A DNA stretch of 32,000 nt, from the NCBI RefSeq assembly GCF_018398935.1, contig NZ_CP074694.1:5070001-5102000 (forward strand), in the 5' to 3' direction. The stretch's first letter is position 1. Each line of letters starts with the position of its first letter. The notes below the pieces were generated by a model. That model worked only from the letters and a program-made list of their open reading frames with translations, ran no database searches and was not told the origin of the DNA. This stretch comes from Telmatocola sphagniphila. GTDB taxonomy: Bacteria > Planctomycetota > Planctomycetia > Gemmatales > Gemmataceae. This document shows, one piece after another, positions 16,777-24,798 of this stretch. The translations under genes and the position numbers were made by a program.

Positions 16777-19700
16777 ATGGTAATTCGATTCAAGCCCCGT
16801 CGTCTCTTCGCCAGTCTGGGGGCTGCTTGCCTATTTGCCGCAAATTCCCCAGTTCAAGCCCAGAACTATACCTGGAGCAGCTCGGCCCCCGGTGGCAACT
16901 GGTCGCAGTCAGCCAACTGGGGCGGCAGCGCCCCGTCCGGCGCCTCCCCCACGACTACGCTCACTTTCGGAGGCACGACGACCGCCGGCCTGACTAGCTC
17001 CAACGATATTGCGAATCTTCAAGTAAACTCGATCACTTTCAACTCGACGGCCGGGGCTTATAGCATCTCCGGAAACGCCATTCAGTTCCTGAACAGCGGA
17101 TCCACCATCACCCAAAATTCCAACAGTAATATCAGTCTACCTGCTTTGACTATCTCGAATGGGCTCAGCATCAACGGCTCGGGCACCGGAACTCTCACAG
17201 TTAATAGCCTGGCCTTCAACAGTGGCGGGGCCGGAAATCAGGCCAGTCTTGATACGGGATCGAAAGTGCTGGTTCTGAACGGCGATATGTCGCTGGATGG
17301 AAGCGGTGTACCGAATGCGGTGACTGTAAAAGGAACGATTCAACTGTCCGCGGGCAACCATACTTTCAATGGGTTGAACTATACCGGGGCGAATGCCCAG
17401 GACATCGTGTTCAGCAACGTCTTTCAGGGCTCCGGGGGCATCACTTATACCGGTATCGATTCTGTAGCCATCACGGGAGTCAGCACTTACACCGGTGCGA
17501 CCATCTTCTCGAGCACTACTGCCAACTACCTGGGAGCCACCAACGCCCTGCCCTCGGCCAGCGCGGTCACCGTGAATTCCACTTTGCAATTCTTCACGAC
17601 GGATCCCAGCGGCGGGGTGACCATTGGTAACTTCAGCCAGAACATCGGTTCGCTCGCGGGAGCGGGCTCGGTGAATATGGGCTCCGCCAGCCTGACCACC
17701 GGTAACGACAACACCAACACGACCTTTTCCGGTATTCTCAGCGACGATGGCTCGGGTAGCAGCACCATTACGAAAGTCGGAACAGGCACCTGGACTCTCA
17801 GCGGTACCAACACTTTCACCGGACAACTGGTCATCGCGAATGGCACAGTCGCCGTCGGTTCGTTCGCGGCCCCGGGAAACAGCAGTAATCTGGGAGCCAC
17901 GGCGGCCAGTAAGAACTTTATTTTGGGGGGTAACGGCACCACGGGCTTCCTCCAATACACCGGATCGAGTGCCGCCAGTTACTCCCGTAACTTCACCTTG
18001 GCTACCGGCGGAAGCGGCGGTTTCCTCGGAAATCTCGGCGATTTGACCCTCTCGGGCAGTATTAGCGGCAGTGGGAATCTGATCAAAGCCGGAACCAACA
18101 ACCTGATTTTAAGCGGTACGAACACCTTTACCGGTTCGATTACCGTCACCGGTGGGAATTTGAGTCTGACCGGAACCGCGAACTCTTCGGGCAATATTAA
18201 CCTGCTCGGTGGAAAACTCACTCTCGATAATACGGCCTCGGCTTTGACTCGATTGGGAACCACTCCCACGCTGACCCTGAACATGGGCGAGTTGAACATC
18301 ATCGGAAACACTGTGAATCCCAGCGGAAACATCGAAAACTTCGGTGCGCTCAATGTCATCGGGGGAACGAGCGCCAACAATCGCCTCACCCTGACGAATT
18401 CCGGCTCCGCTTTGCAAGTGACTTTTTCCAGTCTCAACGTCAGCAATGGCTCCAGCCTGCTGATTCGCGGCGACAATCTCGGCGGCAGCAGCGGCAGCTA
18501 TACCCGCGTGCTGTTCACCAGCGCCCCCGGGACGACTTCGGCCCCCCTATCGGGCGTACTCTTCGATAATTCCTCCAGCGGCACGGGACTGGGACTGGCC
18601 GCTTACAGTTCCACTCTCGGCATCGTTCAGTTCACCGCGGCCAACACCACGGGGAACATCATCGACAACATCAATTCGCCCAATACTTCCACGATCGCCA
18701 ACTTCACCACCGGCAACGGCGGCTCGACCTTGACCATCAACGCCGGGGCCACCATCGTCGCCCTGAACTTCAGCAACGAATTCAGCACGGCCAACTTCAA
18801 AAATCTCTACGGCTCCAGCGGCAACAACGCCAACGCTCCCGCCGGCACTCTGGTAGTCAGTAGTGGTCTGATCCAGGTCTTGAACACGGCCACCAATGTG
18901 ACCGTGAACGGCGATACGGGAGGCAGCACCCTCAGCACCGCGGGAGGCTTCACTTTCAATTTGAATCAGAATCTCACCTTCGCTTCGAACATGACACTCA
19001 GCGCGGCCGGTCTGACAAAACTGGGGGCCGGTAGCTTGGTGATCAACGGGACGAATTCAATCGCCGGAGATTACAACATTTCCAGCGGAAGTGTGAGCAT
19101 CGCCGGAGCCACGACCGCGGGGAACCTCAACATCAGCGGCTCTTCCGTGGCTTCCTTCAATAGTGCCAGCACTCTGAATTCGATCAATCTCAGTGGCACC
19201 GCAACAGTGAATTTTGCCGGCGGATCGGCCGGTAGCATCAGCTCGTCTTCCTCTTCGACATCTTTGAACCTGACCGGCAACCTCACTCTGACCGGCAATT
19301 CGACCACGACCTTCGCGGGTGTGATCAGTGGCGGATCGGCTTCGCTGATTACCAGTTCCGGCAGCACCGGCACTCTGACGCTAACCAACTCCAATACTTT
19401 CGGCGGTGGCTTGGCGGTTAACGGTGGAACGGTTTATCTGGCTAATGGCAACTCGGCCGGTACCGGCACGCTCACCCTCAACGGCGGGACCGTCAGTTAT
19501 TCAGGCGGCACGACGACCCTGGCCGCAGCCGGATTGAGCTTTGGAACCTTCGGAAGTAGTACTCTGCAAGTGACCACGGCCGGAACGGTCCTCACCGTCG
19601 CTGGCGTTTCCGGCTCGGGCTCCTGGACCTTCGATGGCGGCCAAGGCATCACTTCGACCAGCCGTGGCGGAACCCTGCTCATCAATTCGACCTCGGTCTC

Positions 19701-21147
19701 CTCGGGCGGTTCGCTGTCGGTCATTGGCAACGGGCTGGTACAACTGGGAGCCAATAATGCCCTACCCAGCGGCATCAACTTAAATGTGACTCCCGGCAAC
19801 GTCTCGAACGTTGGAGCCGGCCTGGATCTTCAGACGTTCAACCAGACGGTTGGCAACATTACAGCGACACTCGGCACCAGCAACTCGCCGATCACCGGCC
19901 AGCCCATCGTTCAGGGAAGCGGTACTTTAACGCTCAACGGCGATGTCAGCATTGTGACCTCCGGCTCGGCCAGCTATCCTCTGACCATCAATCCTTCGGT
20001 CGTACTGTCGGCGGGTAACCACAATTTCTCAACGCAGGCCGGCGGTAATTCGGATGTGTATCACGGCGATTTGCAGTTCCTCGGTAGCATCAGCGGCGCA
20101 GGCAGCGTGACACTGCCCTCCACTTCTCAAGGAATTATCGACTTCGAAGTCGCCAACACTTACACCGGCACAACTTCCGTGCTCGGCGGCACGCTGTACT
20201 TACGCGGCAATAATGCCATTCCCTCAACCAGTGCCGTCACCCAGGCGGCCGGGACGGTGATCGATTTCACCGGCGGGAACGTCCTCACCAGCGGTACCAG
20301 TTCTACCTTTGGTTCACTGACGGGAGCCGGCAGCATTATTCTCGGCTCTTCCTCAATACTGACAATCGGAGCCGATAACACCTCCCCCGCGGCCTACACG
20401 GGAGCCATCAGCGGCGGCGGCAGTCTTACGAAAATCGGAACCGGCACACTCATCCTCAGCGGAACGAACACGTACACCGGCGGGACCAACGTGAATGCCG
20501 GTAGCCTTCGCATTAACGGGTCCCTCTCCACGGGGGCCGTGCAAGTTTCGCAGGGGGCAATCATCGGCGGGAACGGCAGCATCAATGGCACTCTGACGGT
20601 CGCGGCCGGAGGGACGATCGACATTGGTAGTGCACCGGCAACTGTCGGTACCCTACGCGTCGGAGGCAGTGTCACCATTAATGGCGGTACCGGGGGCTCG
20701 ACGACCAACTGGAATGTCGACATCAACGGTACGACTACCAGCAGCGCCGACAATTTGACGCTGCTCAGTAGCTCGGCGGTTTTGAATTTCGTCGCCACCG
20801 GCGGCAACAAAATCAACATTCAGATGAATGATCTGGCGTCGGGTATGGTGGTGAATAACGACTACACATTCAAGATTGCTACCGTTTCGACCGGCACGGG
20901 ATCGACGAACATCCAGAGCAACGGCGGCGTGTTCACCGCCTCGCAGTTCACCTTCTCGGCAACGAATTTCGCATTCACCAATCAGAACATCGCCATCAAT
21001 GGCGACAACCTGATCATCTCGTTCACGGTGATTCCCGTGCCCGAACCCGCCACACTGCTGGTGTTTGGTTCGGCCGGACTGGGAATGCTGGGGTGGATGC
21101 GAAGGCGCAAAAATCGCAAACTTACCAGCACCGCCTCGATTGCGTAA
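16777..21147 (+). CDS. Giant secreted autotransporter-associated beta-strand-repeat protein with a C-terminal PEP-CTERM sorting domain
   Basis: Signal peptide MVIRFKPRRLFASLGAACLFAANSPVQA|QN, using ATG 16777 (the track uses TTG 16762). There are many repeats of the type K(V/A/I)GTGTLxLSGTNT(F/Y)TGxxxVxxGxLxV. The C-terminus VIPVPEPATLLVFGSAGLGMLGWMRRRKNRKL has VPEP at 21037..21048, then a TM helix and a basic cluster. Confidence 0.9.
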   Translation: MVIRFKPRRLFASLGAACLFAANSPVQAQNYTWSSSAPGGNWSQSANWGGSAPSGASPTTTLTFGGTTTAGLTSSNDIANLQVNSITFNSTAGAYSISGNAIQFLNSGSTITQNSNSNISLPALTISNGLSINGSGTGTLTVNSLAFNSGGAGNQASLDTGSKVLVLNGDMSLDGSGVPNAVTVKGTIQLSAGNHTFNGLNYTGANAQDIVFSNVFQGSGGITYTGIDSVAITGVSTYTGATIFSSTTANYLGATNALPSASAVTVNSTLQFFTTDPSGGVTIGNFSQNIGSLAGAGSVNMGSASLTTGNDNTNTTFSGILSDDGSGSSTITKVGTGTWTLSGTNTFTGQLVIANGTVAVGSFAAPGNSSNLGATAASKNFILGGNGTTGFLQYTGSSAASYSRNFTLATGGSGGFLGNLGDLTLSGSISGSGNLIKAGTNNLILSGTNTFTGSITVTGGNLSLTGTANSSGNINLLGGKLTLDNTASALTRLGTTPTLTLNMGELNIIGNTVNPSGNIENFGALNVIGGTSANNRLTLTNSGSALQVTFSSLNVSNGSSLLIRGDNLGGSSGSYTRVLFTSAPGTTSAPLSGVLFDNSSSGTGLGLAAYSSTLGIVQFTAANTTGNIIDNINSPNTSTIANFTTGNGGSTLTINAGATIVALNFSNEFSTANFKNLYGSSGNNANAPAGTLVVSSGLIQVLNTATNVTVNGDTGGSTLSTAGGFTFNLNQNLTFASNMTLSAAGLTKLGAGSLVINGTNSIAGDYNISSGSVSIAGATTAGNLNISGSSVASFNSASTLNSINLSGTATVNFAGGSAGSISSSSSSTSLNLTGNLTLTGNSTTTFAGVISGGSASLITSSGSTGTLTLTNSNTFGGGLAVNGGTVYLANGNSAGTGTLTLNGGTVSYSGGTTTLAAAGLSFGTFGSSTLQVTTAGTVLTVAGVSGSGSWTFDGGQGITSTSRGGTLLINSTSVSSGGSLSVIGNGLVQLGANNALPSGINLNVTPGNVSNVGAGLDLQTFNQTVGNITATLGTSNSPITGQPIVQGSGTLTLNGDVSIVTSGSASYPLTINPSVVLSAGNHNFSTQAGGNSDVYHGDLQFLGSISGAGSVTLPSTSQGIIDFEVANTYTGTTSVLGGTLYLRGNNAIPSTSAVTQAAGTVIDFTGGNVLTSGTSSTFGSLTGAGSIILGSSSILTIGADNTSPAAYTGAISGGGSLTKIGTGTLILSGTNTYTGGTNVNAGSLRINGSLSTGAVQVSQGAIIGGNGSINGTLTVAAGGTIDIGSAPATVGTLRVGGSVTINGGTGGSTTNWNVDINGTTTSSADNLTLLSSSAVLNFVATGGNKINIQMNDLASGMVVNNDYTFKIATVSTGTGSTNIQSNGGVFTASQFTFSATNFAFTNQNIAINGDNLIISFTVIPVPEPATLLVFGSAGLGMLGWMRRRKNRKLTSTASIA

Positions 21148-21170
21148 GTGATGCTGAACCTATTCGCAGA

Positions 21171-21201
21171 GGCACACTCTTTGGAGTGTGCCGTTTTTAT
21201 T
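21171..21201 (+). terminator. Rho-independent terminator after the PEP-CTERM gene
   Basis: 9-bp stem ggcacactc (21171..21179) / gagtgtgcc (21184..21192), loop tttg, followed by gtttttatt. Confidence 0.7.
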
Positions 21202-21226
21202 GGTGGCCGCGCCTAGAATACCTACC

Positions 21227-22369
21227 ATGGGTAAAAAGAAAAAAGTCCGCGTCGAGTTGCGGAAGAACCGCTCCAAGCCACCCCGGGATCATTCCTGGAC
21301 CAAAGGCTTCGGGGAGCATGGCTTTGAAGAGCTGGCTCCCTTGTCCGATGAACGCGTCCGTCCCAAAGGGGAACTTTCCCGCCATCGCACCATTATTCAG
21401 GAACACTCCGCCGTACGATCTGCCGAGATGGAGATGCCCACGGTTAGTATGGACGGCTGTCTGCATGGCCGGGTGCTTCGCGTGCACGGTCTGCAAAGTG
21501 TCGTCCAAACGCTCGACGGCGCGATTTACCGCTGCACCGTCCGCCGTCTGCTGAAAAGCCTGGTAACCGATGAACGAAGCGTGGTGACTTGCGGCGACCG
21601 AGTCTGGTTCCGCCCGGCCGCCGATAACGAAGGCATGATCGAGGTTGTTGATCCGAGGCATGGTATTCTCACCCGCGAATCCCGCCGGCGCGAGCACGTG
21701 CTGGTGGCCAATGTCGATCAAGTGGTCATTGTCTTGTCGCTGGTGGAACCCGATCTCAAACCCCACCTGATCGATCGCTATCTGGCCAGTGCCCGCCAGG
21801 GGTCGCTGAAGCCGATCATCGTCCTCAACAAATCCGATCTGGCGGAGACGGTGCCGCTGCAATCGCTCATCGGGGCCTATTCTCAGCTCGGCATTACCAC
21901 CCTTTTGACCTCCGCGAAGACCGGCCAGGGAATCGAACGGCTACGGCGTTTTTTGGCCAACCGCTCCAGCGTGTTTTCCGGCCAATCGGGCGTCGGCAAA
22001 TCGTCGCTGCTCAATGCCATTCAGGATGGGCTGACTCTGCGCGTCTCGCACGTATCCGACGTGAATCAAAAAGGACGGCATACCACTACCACGGCCGAAT
22101 TGATTCCGCTGCAATTCGGCGGCTGGGTTGTCGATACGCCGGGTATTCGCCAGATGCAGATCTGGGATGTTCGACCCGAGGAAGTAGAAGGATTCTTTGT
22201 GGAATTTCATCCGCTCGTACCGCTTTGCGGTTTTCCCGATTGCATGCACACTCACGAAGAGAATTGCGCTGTGAAAAAAGCCGTCGATCAGGGACTCATC
22301 GGCTCCCGCCGCTATCACAGCTACATCGGCATGTTCGAAGAAGCCAAGGGCAAAGTCAAACACGCGTAA
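21227..22369 (+). CDS. rsgA: Ribosome small-subunit-dependent GTPase A
   Basis: Circularly permuted GTPase order: NKSDL (G4) precedes GQSGVGKSSLLNAI (G1) and DTPGIRQ (G3). Zn-finger motif CGFPDCMHTHEENCAV. I use ATG 21227 (MGKKKKVRVELRKN...). The track start GTG 21188 lies inside the upstream terminator stem. Confidence 0.9.
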   Translation: MGKKKKVRVELRKNRSKPPRDHSWTKGFGEHGFEELAPLSDERVRPKGELSRHRTIIQEHSAVRSAEMEMPTVSMDGCLHGRVLRVHGLQSVVQTLDGAIYRCTVRRLLKSLVTDERSVVTCGDRVWFRPAADNEGMIEVVDPRHGILTRESRRREHVLVANVDQVVIVLSLVEPDLKPHLIDRYLASARQGSLKPIIVLNKSDLAETVPLQSLIGAYSQLGITTLLTSAKTGQGIERLRRFLANRSSVFSGQSGVGKSSLLNAIQDGLTLRVSHVSDVNQKGRHTTTTAELIPLQFGGWVVDTPGIRQMQIWDVRPEEVEGFFVEFHPLVPLCGFPDCMHTHEENCAVKKAVDQGLIGSRRYHSYIGMFEEAKGKVKHA

Positions 22370-22408
22370 TCTCCCTCACGCCCTTCAAAAATCATCTACG
22401 ATAATTGC

Positions 22409-23362
22409 ATGCGAACCTGCCGGATCATCATCGTCAATTACCGGACGAAAGAACTCGTAGCCGATTGTCTGCAATCCCTTGAAGCGGAAATGCGCCAGGA
22501 GCCCGGTTGTCACGTGATAATCGCTGACAATGCTTCACCGGACGATTCGGTAGGGTATTTGAAAAACATCATCGCCCAGCACAACTGGACTTGGGCGAGT
22601 GTGCTGCCGTTACCCAAAAACGGCGGCTTTTCCTACGGCAACAATGCCGGCATCCGGCCACTGTTCGAAACCGACAACGACATTCGCTACATTCATCTTC
22701 TGAATCCGGATACGATTGTCCGACCCGGTGCGATCAGCCGACTGCTCGATTTTCTGGAAGAGCATTCCGAAGTTGGAATCGCGGGGAGTTTTCTGGAAGA
22801 GATCGATGGCACGCCGCAGTGCGCGGCATTCAACTTTCACAGCGTGTTGAGCGAGTTCGAGCGCGGGCTCCGGTTCGGCCTGGTCACAAAAATTTTGCAC
22901 CGGCAGATGGTGGCCCCGCCGCCGGGTGGGCCGACGCGGCGGGTGAACTGGGTCTCCGGCGCCAGCATGATGATCCGGCGCGAAGTGTTCGAAGATATCG
23001 GCTTATTCGACGAAGATTATTTTCTGTATTACGAAGAGACCGATTTTGAATTGCGGGCGCGTCGCGCCGGCTGGCCGATCTGGCATGTGGCCGAGAGCAA
23101 AGTGGTGCATCTGGAAGGGGCCAGCACCGGCGTGACCGGGGCCGGTAGGGCTCTGAAGAGAGTGCCCTCCTACTGGTTCGAATCGCGCCGTCGCTATTTC
23201 CGCAAGCATCACGGCAGCGGCTATGAATTCATGGCGAATTTAGCTTACGCATCCGCCTATGGGGCCTGGCGGATTCGCCGTAAGCTGCAGGGCAAGCCCG
23301 ATCCCGATCCACCTCGGTTATGGCAGGATTTCGTTCGTTTCAACTTCGGGCTGGGGCGCTGA
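22409..23362 (+). CDS. Family 2 glycosyltransferase (rhamnosyltransferase-like)
   Basis: IIIVNYRTKELVADCLQSL, VIIADNASPDDS, GGFSYGNNAG, LLNPDT, and SGASMMIRREVFEDIGLFDEDYFLYYEETDFELRARRAGW are typical GT-A/GT2 motifs, including the DxD-like and ED acid residues. Confidence 0.85.
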   Translation: MRTCRIIIVNYRTKELVADCLQSLEAEMRQEPGCHVIIADNASPDDSVGYLKNIIAQHNWTWASVLPLPKNGGFSYGNNAGIRPLFETDNDIRYIHLLNPDTIVRPGAISRLLDFLEEHSEVGIAGSFLEEIDGTPQCAAFNFHSVLSEFERGLRFGLVTKILHRQMVAPPPGGPTRRVNWVSGASMMIRREVFEDIGLFDEDYFLYYEETDFELRARRAGWPIWHVAESKVVHLEGASTGVTGAGRALKRVPSYWFESRRRYFRKHHGSGYEFMANLAYASAYGAWRIRRKLQGKPDPDPPRLWQDFVRFNFGLGR

Positions 23363-24697
23363 AACCGGTTTTCTGGCTTCCACTTCCTTGACGACGACCC
23401 CTTCCCCGGCAATGTGATAGAGCAGATGCCGAGGCAGTCGCAGGAGCATCAACACCTGATCCTCCTTGAACTCCTGGCGATAGATATCTGCGTGAGTATT
23501 CAGGTAGGAAAGCACTTTCCCCTGACTTTGGGGACAGGTCACCTCGGCATCGACGAAATCCATCGTCAGCGCTTCGATCACGGCATCGGTCAAATCGTCG
23601 AGACCTTCTCCGGTCAGCCCGCTGATGGCAATCGCCTTGGGGTACATGTTCTTCAGGAAGATCAAATCGTCCCGATTGTTCGGCATGGCATCGATCTTGT
23701 TGAGAACCAGAATCATCGCCTTTTTGTCGCAGCCCAGTTCTTTGAGCACCTTATTCACCGCACTGATATGTTCTTCCACGGCCGGGTTGGAGGCATCGAC
23801 CACGTGCAGCAGGAGTTTCGCCTGCCGGGCTTCCTCGAGGGTCGCTTTGAAGGAGGCCACCAGATGGTGGGGCAGATTGCGAATGAAACCTACGGTATCG
23901 GAGAGCAGGACTTTGCCCCAATCCTTGAGCCGCCACTGCCGGGTGCGCGTATCGAGCGTGGAGAAGAGTTGATTTTTCACCAGCACATCGGACTTGGTGA
24001 GCACGTTCATCAAGCGGCTTTTGCCGGCGTTGGTATACCCCACCAGACTGACCGTATGTTCCTCGCGGCGACTGGCGACTTCCCGCTCTTTGCGGGCCTG
24101 CACTTCGACCAGCTTGTTCTTGAGATCGCGAATTCGGCCGCCAACAATCCGGCGGTCTTCTTCAAGCTGCGTTTCCCCGGGACCGCGGGTCCCGATGCCG
24201 CCGCCACCCAGTCGCGACAAGTGGGTCCACATCTGTTTCAAGCGGGGAAGGCTATATTCGAGTTGAGCCAGTTCGACCTGCAGCCGGCTTTCTACCGTAC
24301 GGGCGCGGGTCGCAAAAATATCGAGAATCAGTTCGCTGCGATCGATGACCTTGATGCTCGTGGCTTTCTCGAGGTTCTTGACTTGCCCCGGCGAGAGATC
24401 ATTGTCGAAAATGATCACATCCGCTTCGGTCGCTTCGACCAACTGATGAAGCTCATCGAGTTTGCCTTTGCCTATGTAAGTACCGGGATTGACATCGTGT
24501 TTCTTCTGCGTGAGTTCGCCGACAATTTTGGCCCCGGCGCTTTCGGCCAGACCGCGGATCTCGTCGCAGGGGTCGTCGGATAGCCAGGGACGATCGGGTA
24601 AAGCCACCGATACGAGAATCGCCTTTTCCTGGCGAACCGACGTACTTTCCCGATCATTTTCGAATGATGTGCTGATGAACGGACTCCGGAAGGTCAA
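23318..24697 (-). CDS. hflX: GTPase HflX
   Basis: HflX N-terminal domain (EKAILVSV...PGTYIGKGKLDEL), a linker (GPGETQLEEDRR), and a G domain (LVGYTNAGKSRLMN, DTVGFI, NKID). Confidence 0.9.
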   Translation of the reverse strand: MTFRSPFISTSFENDRESTSVRQEKAILVSVALPDRPWLSDDPCDEIRGLAESAGAKIVGELTQKKHDVNPGTYIGKGKLDELHQLVEATEADVIIFDNDLSPGQVKNLEKATSIKVIDRSELILDIFATRARTVESRLQVELAQLEYSLPRLKQMWTHLSRLGGGGIGTRGPGETQLEEDRRIVGGRIRDLKNKLVEVQARKEREVASRREEHTVSLVGYTNAGKSRLMNVLTKSDVLVKNQLFSTLDTRTRQWRLKDWGKVLLSDTVGFIRNLPHHLVASFKATLEEARQAKLLLHVVDASNPAVEEHISAVNKVLKELGCDKKAMILVLNKIDAMPNNRDDLIFLKNMYPKAIAISGLTGEGLDDLTDAVIEALTMDFVDAEVTCPQSQGKVLSYLNTHADIYRQEFKEDQVLMLLRLPRHLLYHIAGEGVVVKEVEARKPVSAPQPEVETNEILP

Positions 24698-24798
24698 TGA
24701 ATGCTCACTCTAAAGCTATTTTACTACGGTGGGCCCTGGAATTGATAGACCGGGCCTCGCGAAATCCAGGAATTGATACCGACTGCCAAAAGATCGGA

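Noticed and set aside
23414-24583. 389-aa plus-strand ORF opposite hflX. Similar long antisense ORFs lie opposite rsgA (21197..21862), the TPR gene (25930..26499, 25501..25905), the KS genes (5533..6234, 4907..5452), the coiled-coil gene (15238..15927), the GH3 gene (6890..7408), the DUF1559 genes (29614..30561, 9289..9825) and the PEP-CTERM gene (17137..17955 and others).
   Set aside because: In every case the opposite strand carries unmistakable family motifs, while these ORFs have skewed antisense-type composition.
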